The position numbers and the translations under genes are program-made. DNA of 64,000 nucleotides. Source: Gammaproteobacteria bacterium. Lineage in GTDB: Bacteria > Pseudomonadota > Gammaproteobacteria > Eutrophobiales > Eutrophobiaceae. Below, one piece after another: positions 8,433 to 17,787 of this stretch. The notes under the pieces are model-generated. The model was not told where the DNA came from and ran no database searches. It was given only the letters and a program-made list of their open reading frames with translations. Every line of letters starts with the position of its first letter. Within the stretch, counting starts at the first letter, position 1. The stretch lies in the NCBI GenBank assembly GCA_965222155.1, contig CBDCTH010000012.1, positions 480,001-544,000 on the forward strand. The letters are read 5' to 3'.

Positions 8433-10278
8433 GGTTGTCCAGTAATTCCGGTTTACCGTTGATAATTTTTCCCCAGGGTAATTTTCTGTTGATCCGGCCG
8501 ATTTCGGTCATGCTGAGAATTCCCGTTTCCCCATTGAAACCGGCGACGCGCTCAAACGCCAGACGGGGAAGATGCGGGATAAGGTTAAAGGCATCCACCC
8601 CCATTGCATATAAACGCTGATAAACGGATGTATCGGCCTGGAAATTATCGTTGATGTGGGATTTTATCGATGAGTTTTCGCCATGAGGAAATAATATCCA
8701 GGGCAAGTCTGGAAACATGACTCCGTCCATATCCACATCGGCCTGTGGGTTTACACTGCCGGTAAAGATATGCGAGGTAGCATATACCGGGATTTCCTCG
8801 GCTTTGTGGAAGCGTAACTGCGGGATGATCTGGCGTCCGGCAATGGGAAATGCGGCCATGAAAATCACGTCCACGTCCTGGCGCCGCCGGGTCTGGTTTT
8901 CCAGTCTCCGGTTGAGTATCTGGCGCAGCCGTTGCGCCCGGAAATCACTGTCGTCCACATTCAACAACTGTTCCACCGGAGCGGAATAATCGTTATTCTG
9001 AGGGTCATAATCAACCATTTTCAGTATTTCCCCGCCCAGCGCCGCCCAGTTTTCCCGGAATGCGCCGTACAAGCGCAGACCCCACAGGTCATTCGGAATA
9101 ATGACCAGGGCTCTGCCGTACCCGTCCGCAAAAGCCCGTTCAGCAACCTGGCGCGCCTCGTCTTCCGGAGACAATCCGAATTGCATCAGGGTCGGGACTA
9201 TATTTCCATCAGCGCCGGTTTCCAGTTCGGCTACAGACTGGATCCTGTTCAAGGCCAGTGTCGGTACGGACAGGCCGGTCGAGGTGGATAACTTCGTCAA
9301 TGCCTGTTTTTCCAGCGGTCCGACAATGAAATCTGCGCCTTCCGCCACAGCCCGTGAGTATGCCTGCTCAATGTTCAATGAGTTTGCCTCATATATTTTA
9401 ACCAGGGGTTTGTTCTGGTCCGAGTTATACCAGGCTGAAATAAAGCCGTCCCTGATTGCTTCGGCGGCTTTCCGGTAACCCCCGTTCAACGGCAACAGCA
9501 GGGCAATCTGGCCTGGTCGCAGGTTGTAGCGCCGGGCCGTGGCGTGCATCTGCCCGATGATGCTGCGATTGGCAGGATGCGCAGGATATTTGTCCTGCCA
9601 GGCAGCCAGCGCGCGCGACAATGGTCCAGGATCAGGCAGCAAAGTCCGATTGATAAGCGCAAGCTCCAGCCAGCCGGACAATGCCTGCGGGTCTGAGCGG
9701 TGCAGTTCGCCCAGGTTTTCCTTATCCACCTTGTTCAGGTCTTCCCAGATCTTCGTGCTATTGGCCTGCATAGCGGCGCCCTGCGGTAAATAGGCGTTAT
9801 AACTGATGCGTGTTTCAGCCGCATTGATATAATCCGCCTGCTGTTCATAAGCAAGCGCAGTTAACCGGTAACGCTGCGCCTGCAGTGAAGCCGGGGTGGT
9901 GGCTGGGAAATCATGCAGCAGGAGGTCCAATGCTGCTCCCGGCTGCTTATTCAGCAACTGAAGCTCGGCCTGCAAAAGCGTCTTCAACGTATTGCTGTCC
10001 GTACGCTGCGGTTTTGTTGTGGATAATAACTCTCCAGCCTCAGCCGGCCGCTTCATTGAAACCAGGGTTGCCACGGCCTGTAGACGATAGATATCGGATT
10101 TATCCGGGTATAATTCCGCCAGGCGCTGATATTTCTCGACCGCGCGTTGATACTGGCCGTCGCTTAATAACTGCCTGATTTCCATTTCCGGATCGACGGG
10201 CAGCGCCGCTTTCCTGGTCTCCAGCGTACAGCCCTGTAACAATACGATTATGAGCAGGATTTTGAATGAATTTTGCAT
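8419..10278 (-). CDS. lpoA: Penicillin-binding protein activator LpoA
   Basis: Lipobox LQGC, GWLELA, IALLLPL.G, VGPL.K, RLYAMG.DA. Confidence 0.92.
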   Translation of the reverse strand: MQNSFKILLIIVLLQGCTLETRKAALPVDPEMEIRQLLSDGQYQRAVEKYQRLAELYPDKSDIYRLQAVATLVSMKRPAEAGELLSTTKPQRTDSNTLKTLLQAELQLLNKQPGAALDLLLHDFPATTPASLQAQRYRLTALAYEQQADYINAAETRISYNAYLPQGAAMQANSTKIWEDLNKVDKENLGELHRSDPQALSGWLELALINRTLLPDPGPLSRALAAWQDKYPAHPANRSIIGQMHATARRYNLRPGQIALLLPLNGGYRKAAEAIRDGFISAWYNSDQNKPLVKIYEANSLNIEQAYSRAVAEGADFIVGPLEKQALTKLSTSTGLSVPTLALNRIQSVAELETGADGNIVPTLMQFGLSPEDEARQVAERAFADGYGRALVIIPNDLWGLRLYGAFRENWAALGGEILKMVDYDPQNNDYSAPVEQLLNVDDSDFRAQRLRQILNRRLENQTRRRQDVDVIFMAAFPIAGRQIIPQLRFHKAEEIPVYATSHIFTGSVNPQADVDMDGVMFPDLPWILFPHGENSSIKSHINDNFQADTSVYQRLYAMGVDAFNLIPHLPRLAFERVAGFNGETGILSMTEIGRINRKLPWGKIINGKPELLDNHGAR

Positions 10279-10356
10279 TCGCTTATTCTATAGCGAAAAG
10301 GCAGGGCAGACCATATTTCCTGCCCCCCATCATCCCTGACAAAAGTGGAGTACGTC

Positions 10357-11205
10357 ATGCCAACTGAACCGGGCACCTTATATATAGTGGCAACGCCTAT
10401 CGGCAACCTTGAAGATCTGAGCCCGCGCGCGCAAAGAATCCTGTCCACGGTTGATCTGATCCTGGCAGAAGACACTCGCCACAGCCGCAAGTTATTGACC
10501 GCATTTCATATCAAAACCGAGATGCTCGCCTGCCACGAGAACAACGAGGAACGCTTGACGCCGCAGGTAATCAGTCGGCTTACCGCCGGCGCCAACGTTG
10601 CCCTGGTTGCCGACGCCGGTACTCCGCTAATCAGCGACCCCGGGTTCAAGCTGGTCAGACAGGCCCACGCTGAGAATATTCCCGTGTCTCCTGTTCCCGG
10701 CCCGGCAGCGTTGATCGCGGCCTTATCAGCCGCCGGTATCGCTCCCGCGAAGTTCCTGTTTGAAGGCTTTGCCCCGAGCAAGGCCGAGGCCCGGCTCAAG
10801 CACCTGCAAAAACTGTCCGCTGCAGACCACACCATGATTTTTTATGAAGCCCCGCACCGGATAAAAACTTTTCTGGCCGACGCCGCGTCTATCTTTGGTG
10901 AGGATAGACAAGCGTCCGTCGCCCGGGAGTTGACTAAAAAGTTTGAAACCATACGCTGCGGGACGCTGGGCGGGCTGATTGAGTGGATGAATAATGACCC
11001 CGACCAGGGCCGCGGCGAATTTGTCATCATCATCGCCGGCGCCGCCGGCAAAAAAACCGACATGCCTGAATTGGCAGCCATGTTGAAAGTGTTACTCAAA
11101 TCCCTCACCTTGAAACAAAGCGTACAGGTAGCAACCGAACTGACCGGCGGCAGCAGGAACGAAATATACGACCTTGCCGTAACCCTGCAGCAAGACAGTT
11201 CGTAA
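10357..11205 (+). CDS. rsmI: 16S rRNA C1402 2'-O-methyltransferase
   Basis: LYIVATPIGNLED, AEDTR, DAGTPLISDPG, RELTK.FE. Confidence 0.96.
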   Translation: MPTEPGTLYIVATPIGNLEDLSPRAQRILSTVDLILAEDTRHSRKLLTAFHIKTEMLACHENNEERLTPQVISRLTAGANVALVADAGTPLISDPGFKLVRQAHAENIPVSPVPGPAALIAALSAAGIAPAKFLFEGFAPSKAEARLKHLQKLSAADHTMIFYEAPHRIKTFLADAASIFGEDRQASVARELTKKFETIRCGTLGGLIEWMNNDPDQGRGEFVIIIAGAAGKKTDMPELAAMLKVLLKSLTLKQSVQVATELTGGSRNEIYDLAVTLQQDSS

Positions 11206-11310
11206 CAAAGGGGGAGTGCTTGAACAGGTTACTGCCTCCGCTTATCATTGCAGACCGCGCAAATACAGGTTTACGTGGTAAACATAGTAACGATAGGAAT
11301 TATGAATTAT

Positions 11311-11440
11311 GGGGACACAATACTTAATTATCCCACCGTGAATTCTGCTGAATTAAGTATTGTGTCCCCATAACTTAAATTCTGCTGAATTAAGTATTGT
11401 GTCCCCATAACTCCCCGGCACTCCCCCCATAACTCCCTCC
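11311..11440. repeat. GGGGACAC...GTGTCCCC palindrome with tandemly duplicated right arm
   Basis: GGGGACACAATACTTAATT / AATTAAGTATTGTGTCCCC; right arm present twice. Confidence 0.8.
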
Positions 11441-11444
11441 CCGT

Positions 11445-11685
11445 CGTCATGCCGGGCCTGACCCCCCGTCCGTCATGCCGGGCTTGACCCCCCCTCCGTC
11501 ATGCCGGGCTTGACCCCCCGTCCGTCATTCCGGGCTTGACCCGGAATCCAGTGAAACAAGGTGTCGCCTCCGGCGACACGTTATCTGACTGGATTTCCGT
11601 CCTTTGGTTCGTCAACGGCACATCCCCCTGCTTACAGCATGCAGGGGCAGGCTATGTGCCACTACTCGGCATTCGCCGGAATGAC
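11445..11685. repeat. Four 26-nt tandem units leading into a GTCATTCC-family element
   Basis: CGTCATGCCGGGCTTGACCCCCC units at 11445, 11471, 11497 and 11523; closed by CGGAATGAC at about 11685. Confidence 0.8.
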
Positions 11686-11735
11686 GACAGAGTAGTCCCC
11701 AGAACTTCCTCAGAACTCTGGTGGCGGGGGCGGGC

Positions 11736-11764
11736 TTGACGCTGTTTCCGTTCCAACCTAGTAT
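11736..11764 (+). promoter_or_regulatory. Sigma70 promoter of rnpB
   Basis: TTGACG-17 bp-TAGTAT, 6 nt upstream of the rnpB 5' end. Confidence 0.7.
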
Positions 11765-11770
11765 ATTAAT

Positions 11771-12146
11771 GGGAGTCAGCCGGGCAATCGCTGTCGGAAC
11801 GGATTGATTTTTTATCAATTCCGGTTCGGCAGAGGAAAGTCCGGGCTCCACAGGGGCAGGGCGCCAGGTAATTCCTGGGCGGCGCGAGTCGACGGAAAGT
11901 GCAACAGAAAGTATACCGCCCGGCCACTTACCCCAAGTGGCCGGGTAAGGGTGAAATGGTGCGGTAAGAGCGCACCGCGTGGCTGGCAACAGGCACGGCA
12001 TGGTAAACCCCGCCTGGAGCAAGGCCAAATAAGGGGGCGATAATGTGGCCCGCATTGTCCCCGGGTAGGCTGCTGGAGGTGTATGGTGACGTACATCCTA
12101 GATGAATGATTGTCCTGGACAGAACCCGGCTTACAGGCTGACTCCC
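11771..12146 (+). ncRNA. rnpB: RNase P RNA, type A
   Basis: GAGGAAAGTCCGGGCTCC, AGTGCAACAGAAAG, GGTAAACCCC, ACAGAACCCGGCTTA; P1 GGGAGTCAGCC/GGCTGACTCCC; rsmI-rnpB-mraZ synteny. Confidence 0.97.
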
Positions 12147-12202
12147 ACCTTGTTCCCCCGGTTTATTCCTGAATCCACACTCTTTTCTTAATAAAGTTTT
12201 AC

Positions 12203-12305
12203 CGTAAATCCAGGACACCCATCGTAAATCCAGGACACCCATAAATTCACTTTGCAGAAAGAAACGGGCCGGGTCTCAACCTGCCTAATTTTATGGGTGT
12301 CCTGA
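12203..12305. repeat. CAGGACACCCATAAA...TTTATGGGTGTCCTG REPIN-like element with a duplicated left end
   Basis: Same family as 45556-45628 and 45851-45925, opposite orientation. Confidence 0.8.
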
Positions 12306-12396
12306 ATTTGGCTTCCCTGAATTTGGCTTCCCTGAATTTGGCTTCCTGAATTTGGCTTCCTGAATTTGGCTTCTGAATTTGGCTTCTGAATTTGGG
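12301..12396. repeat. Tandem ladder of TGAATTTGGCTT(C)n units
   Basis: Seven units with spacings 15,15,14,14,13,13 nt. Confidence 0.9.
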
Positions 12397-12563
12397 CTGA
12401 CTCCATTTTCTCCAGATATAAATCTGTCCCCTTTTCTTAATAAAGTTTTTCAACTTCATAATATAAAAAGACTTATATCTCAAATATTCACGGTTTGTTC
12501 CTTTCTCACCGGCTAAGTATTTGTAAGACGGGCAAATTTTTGCCGGAAAGTTACAAGATTTGC

Positions 12564-12626
12564 TTGACATTACAGCGTCTTGGTTCCTATAGTTACGAAA
12601 TGTGGGAAAAAGTGGGTAAATGTGGA
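12564..12626 (+). promoter_or_regulatory. dcw promoter and MraZ operator
   Basis: TTGACA-18 bp-TATAGT followed by three GTGG(G/A) repeats at 10-nt spacing (12601-12626). Confidence 0.8.
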
Positions 12627-12652
12627 TTTAAATGTAACAGAAGGGTTTAACA

Positions 12653-13111
12653 ATGTTCCGGGGTTTCAGCAGCGTAAGTCTTGACAGCAAAGGCAGGTTA
12701 GCCGTGCCCAGCCGTTTTCGTGAACGGCTCATGGGGATTGCCGACGGTTGCCTGGTGCAGACCCTCAACCCGTTGGACCGGTCCCTGTGGCTGTATCCGT
12801 TACCCGAATGGGAACTCATTGAGGAGAAACTGGCGGTGTTGTCCGATTTTGACAAGCAGAGTCGCAGGGCCAAGCAGATGATGCGCGGCTATGCGGCCGA
12901 TTGCCAGTTGGATGCCCACGGGAGAATCCTGGTCCCTGCTGAACTACGCAACCACGCCCACCTCGATAGGCAGGCCGTCATCCTGGGGCAGGGCAACAAG
13001 TTCGAAATCTGGAACAGGGCAAGCTGGGAGGAACAGCGTGACAACTGGTTGAATATGGTGGGTGATGAAGAGGGAACACCGACCGGAGCATTACAATCAT
13101 TGTCCTTATGA
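12653..13111 (+). CDS. mraZ: Transcriptional repressor MraZ
   Basis: MFRG....LD.KGRLAVP.RFR, LD..GRILVP. Confidence 0.96.
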   Translation: MFRGFSSVSLDSKGRLAVPSRFRERLMGIADGCLVQTLNPLDRSLWLYPLPEWELIEEKLAVLSDFDKQSRRAKQMMRGYAADCQLDAHGRILVPAELRNHAHLDRQAVILGQGNKFEIWNRASWEEQRDNWLNMVGDEEGTPTGALQSLSL

Positions 13112-13126
13112 CGCCCTGGTATTGCA

Positions 13127-14071
13127 TTGTTGAAATTGAATGAGTACGCACATAAACCGGTATTTCTCGATGAGGTATTGGATGCGCTTGCACTACGATC
13201 GGATGGCTGTTACGTGGACTGCACGTTCGGCCGCGGCGGCCATAGCATGGCAATCATGCAGCGGCTTGGCAGCCGGGGTCGTTTACTTTCTTTCGACAAG
13301 GACCCGGAGGCTGTCAGCTTTGCCCAAAACAAGTTTGCCGGCAACAAACGCTTCAACTGTTTCCACGGTTCTTTCACACGTCTGGCTGAGGTCATAGGAC
13401 AAATGGGCTTAATGGGAGCGATCGATGGCTTGTTATTTGACCTCGGCGTTTCTTCGCCGCAACTGGACGATGCCGGTCGAGGTTTCAGCTTTCTCAGGGA
13501 CGGCAGGCTTGATATGAGGATGAACCCCGATGAAGGTTTGAGTGCGGCGGACTGGGTCAATCAAGCGAGCGAAGCGGAATTGAAAACCGTATTGCGTCAT
13601 TATGGCGAAGAGAGATATGCCGGACGAATTGCCCGGGCCATTGTGACTGTGCGTTCCGAAAATGCCGTCACGTCCACCCGGCAACTGTCCGAACTGATTA
13701 AGGCCGCGGCGCCGACCACTGAGAGAAACAAACACCCGGCGACCCGTTCATTCCAGGCCATCAGGATCCATGTAAATCAAGAACTGGAAGAGTTAAAGAC
13801 GGTACTGGCCCAGGTGACCGAGGTCTTGCGCGACGGGGGAAGACTGGCCGTGATCAGTTTTCATTCCGGGGAAGACAGGATTGTAAAAAGGTTTATACGG
13901 GAACAATCCCGCGCCGACCCCTACCCCAGCTACCTGCCCATTTCCGTCAGTGAAATCAAACCCAGGATGCGAGCGGTAGGTCGACCGATCAAGTCCGGTG
14001 AAGCGGCAAACCAGGCCAACCCGCGGGGACGGAGCGCAGTATTGAGGATCGCGGAAAAATTGCCGCAATGA
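13127..14071 (+). CDS. rsmH: 16S rRNA m4C1402 methyltransferase
   Basis: DCTFGRGGHS, DLGVSSPQLD, HPATRSFQAIRI. Confidence 0.96.
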   Translation: MLKLNEYAHKPVFLDEVLDALALRSDGCYVDCTFGRGGHSMAIMQRLGSRGRLLSFDKDPEAVSFAQNKFAGNKRFNCFHGSFTRLAEVIGQMGLMGAIDGLLFDLGVSSPQLDDAGRGFSFLRDGRLDMRMNPDEGLSAADWVNQASEAELKTVLRHYGEERYAGRIARAIVTVRSENAVTSTRQLSELIKAAAPTTERNKHPATRSFQAIRIHVNQELEELKTVLAQVTEVLRDGGRLAVISFHSGEDRIVKRFIREQSRADPYPSYLPISVSEIKPRMRAVGRPIKSGEAANQANPRGRSAVLRIAEKLPQ

Positions 14072-14331
14072 AATCGTCCGTTATCCTGCTCCTCATTTTT
14101 ACCGTACTGGTTTCGGCCGTATCGGTAGTGCAGTCGCAACACGCCTCGCGCAGGGTGTTTATGGAGATAGAGCAGTTGAAGATGGAGCGGGACCTGTTGA
14201 ATGAAGAATGGGGCAGACTCCAGATTGAACAGAGCATCTGGGCGATGGATGAGCGGGTGGAGGATATGGTAAAGGAGGAATTAGGCATGCATGTGCCGGA
14301 TAACGGCGCCCGGGTCTTTTTAGTGCCGTGA
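14068..14331 (+). CDS. ftsL: Cell division protein FtsL
   Basis: TM helix plus coiled coil, EWGRLQIEQS; position between rsmH and ftsI. Confidence 0.9.
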   Translation: MKSSVILLLIFTVLVSAVSVVQSQHASRRVFMEIEQLKMERDLLNEEWGRLQIEQSIWAMDERVEDMVKEELGMHVPDNGARVFLVP

Positions 14332-16040
14332 AAACACGCGTCCCTGAATCCGGCTATACCGGTCGCAAGTGGTTCCTGCTGGTGTTGTTCGGTATTGCTG
14401 CAGCCGCGGTTGTCTGCCGGGTGTTCTATCTGCAGATATTGAACAAGGATTTTCTGATAAACGAAGGCGACGCAAGAGCCATCCGCAGCGTTACCATCCC
14501 GGCATACCGGGGCACGATTACCGACCGGAATGGCGAGCCCCTGGCCGTCAGCACGCCGGTGGCGTCGATCTGGGCCGTGCCGGGGAAAGTCCTGGATTCA
14601 GCCGCCGACCTGAGTGAACTGGCCGGTCTGCTGGACACGTCGGTAGCTGAGATACGCCAGTTCCTGGCCGGCCGGCAGGACAGGAATTTCGCATATATGA
14701 AGAGACACGTGCCACCCGACGTAGCGCGCCGGGTGCGGGCGCTGAAAATTCCGGGGATCAATACCAGCAAGGAGTACAAGAGATATTATCCGGTCGGTGA
14801 GGTGGCTTCTCACCTGGTCGGTTTTACCAATGTCGATGATGAGGGACAGGAGGGCATAGAACTTGCCTTCGATGACTGGTTGCGGGGCGTTCCGGGTAAA
14901 AAACGGGTATTGAAGGACCTGTATGGTTCAGTCGTCAAGGATATTGAAAACATCAAACAACCCGTTCCCGGCCAGTCCCTGACCCTGGCGCTGGACCAGC
15001 GCCTGCAATACCTGGCATACAGGGAATTGAAATCAGCGGTGATAAACCACAAGGCCAGGGGCGGGATGCTGTTGTTGATCGGAGTCAAGACCGGTGAAGT
15101 GCTGGCCCTGGCGGTACAGCCACCGTTCAATCCCAATAATCGCGCGCATCTTAAAGGCAACCTGTACCGGAACCGTGTGGTAACGGATGTATTCGAACCC
15201 GGTTCCAGCATGAAACCGTTCACCATCGCGGCGGCGCTGATCTCCGGGCTTTACCAACCGGAAACCATGATCGATACAGGCCCCGGACGTATGACAATCG
15301 GCCGTTATTCGATCAGTGACCTTAACAATTACGGGACCTTGAGCATCAGTGACGTGATCCGCAAGTCGAGTAACGTCGGCACCACAAAAGTCGCGCTGGC
15401 ACTGGGTCCGGAACGGCTTTGGGAGTTACATCATAAGATCGGTTTCGGCAGCCTGACCATGAGCGAATATCCGGGAGAAGCGGCGGGGACGCTCAATAAT
15501 TATGCCGACTGGTCCAGGCTGGACCTGGCGACGGCTTCATACGGGTATGGCATCTCGGTGACCGCCATGCAGTTGGCGCAGGCCTATTCCGTGATTGCGT
15601 CCGGCGGTCTGTTATATCCGATCAGCTTTCAGAAAGTGACCGCTGTTCCCGCCCACCGGCGGGTCATGCCGGAAATGGTTGCGTTTGAGGTGAACAGGAT
15701 GATGCGGGCAGTGATCGGGCCGGGTGGCAGCGGCAGGCGGGCGGCGGTCAACGGTTACCATGTTGCCGGTAAAACAGGCACCGTGCATAAGACGTCGGAC
15801 TCCGGTTATGCCGAGGACAGTTATGTTTCACTGTTTGCGGGATTTGCGCCGGCAACGGAACCTCGCCTGGTTCTGGTCGTCGTCATCGATGATCCCGGAA
15901 CAGGGCAGTATTTCGGTGGCCTGGTCGCGGCGCCGGTGTTCGCCAATGTGATGGAGGGGGCGTTGCGGATAATGAATATTCCCCCTGATAACCTGATTGG
16001 ACTGAAGCAACAGACGTTGCTTGTGAACAATACCAGGTGA
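14328..16040 (+). CDS. ftsI: Peptidoglycan D,D-transpeptidase FtsI (PBP3)
   Basis: RG.ITDRNG, EPGSSMK, SSN, KTGT. Confidence 0.96.
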   Translation: MKTRVPESGYTGRKWFLLVLFGIAAAAVVCRVFYLQILNKDFLINEGDARAIRSVTIPAYRGTITDRNGEPLAVSTPVASIWAVPGKVLDSAADLSELAGLLDTSVAEIRQFLAGRQDRNFAYMKRHVPPDVARRVRALKIPGINTSKEYKRYYPVGEVASHLVGFTNVDDEGQEGIELAFDDWLRGVPGKKRVLKDLYGSVVKDIENIKQPVPGQSLTLALDQRLQYLAYRELKSAVINHKARGGMLLLIGVKTGEVLALAVQPPFNPNNRAHLKGNLYRNRVVTDVFEPGSSMKPFTIAAALISGLYQPETMIDTGPGRMTIGRYSISDLNNYGTLSISDVIRKSSNVGTTKVALALGPERLWELHHKIGFGSLTMSEYPGEAAGTLNNYADWSRLDLATASYGYGISVTAMQLAQAYSVIASGGLLYPISFQKVTAVPAHRRVMPEMVAFEVNRMMRAVIGPGGSGRRAAVNGYHVAGKTGTVHKTSDSGYAEDSYVSLFAGFAPATEPRLVLVVVIDDPGTGQYFGGLVAAPVFANVMEGALRIMNIPPDNLIGLKQQTLLVNNTR

Positions 16041-17563
16041 TGATGTTGCCCGTAAACAAGCGTCAAAGCGGTTTTCCATTGCAGATGCTGCTGGAAGGTC
16101 TGACTGATGCACGGGTCGAGGGTGATATTTCAGTTCAGGGGATCAGTTCGGACAGCCGTGAAATTCGCCCGGGTGATTTGTTTCTCGCCTGCCGGGGACC
16201 GAACACCCGCGGCAGCCTGTTCATCAACGCTGCGCTCAAGGCAGGGGCCGCGGCAGTGGTCGTGGATGAGGAATTGCTGTCCGACCTGGACCGGTGCCGG
16301 CCGGCGCTGTTTCCGGTAGCGGATTTACGCGCTAAACTGGGATTGATTGCCGGGCGGTTTTACGGCGATCCCACAAAACAGCTGCACCTCACCGGCGTTA
16401 CGGGAACCAACGGCAAAACCAGCGTAAGCTGGTGGCTGGCGAAACTCCATTCACTGCTGACGCGGACACAGGCGGGTTTGATCGGCACCCTGGGATACGG
16501 GTGTTATCCGCGCCTGCAATCCGGGCTTAATACAACCCCGGGCGCAGTCAGTTTACAGCGCTTGTTTGCCGGCTTCGTCGAAGCGGGCGCGGACACGGCG
16601 TTCATGGAGGTATCATCCCATGCCCTGGATCAGGGGCGCGTCAGCGAAGTCGATTTCGACGTTGCCGTGTTCACCAACCTGAGCCGGGACCATCTGGATT
16701 ACCACCGGAGCCTGGACGAGTACTTCCGCGCCAAACAAAAACTGTTTGCATTCAATTCATTGCGCGCTGCCGTGGTGAACTGTGATGACCCATACGGGCA
16801 GGCAATACTACGCGCTCTGCCGGCGGGCATAGAGGCGATCAGTTACGGTTTATCAGGCAATCCGCAACAGTCGGTTCAGCCTCTCGTCAGGGCAAGGCCG
16901 GCGCCGGGCGCTGAGCTTATCCTGGATATTACCAGTCCCTGGGGCAACGGCCAGGTGCGGCCGGGGGTAACGGGAAAATTCAACGTCGGCAATATACTGG
17001 CGCTGGTTTCGGTGCTGGGGCTGGCAGGGTTCCCGCTTGAGCGCATCCTGGAAAAGCTGGACAACATCGGCCCGGTACCGGGTCGTATGGAGAGTTTCAG
17101 ACGCGCAGACGGCGCCCAAATCGTCGTTGATTACGCCCATACCCCCGCCGCCCTGGAACAGGCCCTGGCAAGTCTGCGGGAATGTTGTGCGGGGCGGTTG
17201 ATCTGTGTTTTCGGCTGTGGCGGCGAACGGGATAAGGAAAAGCGGCCGCAGATGGGAGAACTGGCGGAACAACTTTCCGACGAAGTAATTTTAACTGATG
17301 ACAATCCGAGGTCTGAAGCCGGCGATGACATTATCGAGGCCATCCTCTCCGGCATAACCGCCAAGGGTTGCGCCACTATAGAGCGCAACCGTTCCAGGGC
17401 CATCGAGCTGGCGCTGGGGCGGGCCGGGCCCGCTGACGTGGTATTGATTGCCGGCAAGGGACATGAAACCTGTCAGGAAATTGCAGGTACGCGCTATCCC
17501 TTCAACGATCTGCAGCAGGTCAGGCAGTTGCTAGCCCGGAATTCTCACCAGGTGATGCGATGA
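16037..17563 (+). CDS. murE: UDP-MurNAc-Ala-Glu:mDAP ligase; C-terminus derived from a MITE
   Basis: GVTGTNGKT, MEVSSH, DYAHTP, DNPR, AGKGHE. Confidence 0.96.
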   Translation: MMMLPVNKRQSGFPLQMLLEGLTDARVEGDISVQGISSDSREIRPGDLFLACRGPNTRGSLFINAALKAGAAAVVVDEELLSDLDRCRPALFPVADLRAKLGLIAGRFYGDPTKQLHLTGVTGTNGKTSVSWWLAKLHSLLTRTQAGLIGTLGYGCYPRLQSGLNTTPGAVSLQRLFAGFVEAGADTAFMEVSSHALDQGRVSEVDFDVAVFTNLSRDHLDYHRSLDEYFRAKQKLFAFNSLRAAVVNCDDPYGQAILRALPAGIEAISYGLSGNPQQSVQPLVRARPAPGAELILDITSPWGNGQVRPGVTGKFNVGNILALVSVLGLAGFPLERILEKLDNIGPVPGRMESFRRADGAQIVVDYAHTPAALEQALASLRECCAGRLICVFGCGGERDKEKRPQMGELAEQLSDEVILTDDNPRSEAGDDIIEAILSGITAKGCATIERNRSRAIELALGRAGPADVVLIAGKGHETCQEIAGTRYPFNDLQQVRQLLARNSHQVMR

Positions 17564-17773
17564 TCGCGCCGGATTTTTGCCGCCAGCGGGTGCCTGCGAC
17601 CGAAAGCATAGCCGTAGTTCTGGTTGAGGGAGCACGTGCCCGCTGGCGGCAAAAAGACAAGCGAGGGCGCATCAAGCGTAGTTTATTCAGATGATATTGT
17701 AGACATGTTACCGCAACCTATTGACAGCAAACAAGTATTAGATGGCAACAAGCGGCTTGGTGAGAATTCCGGG
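17535..17773. mobile_element. Palindromic MITE, copy 2, in the 3' end of murE (reverse orientation to copy 1)
   Basis: TIRs CCCGGAATTCTCACCA / TGGTGAGAATTCCGGG; flanks CTAG/CTGG. Confidence 0.9.
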
Positions 17774-17787
17774 CTGGGGTACGCGGG

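Noticed and set aside
12301-12396. CRISPR array
   Set aside because: Units are contiguous with no spacers, and there are no cas genes.
12188-12570. Small ORFs between rnpB and mraZ
   Set aside because: Translations of tandem repeats and AT-rich promoter DNA; no coding evidence.
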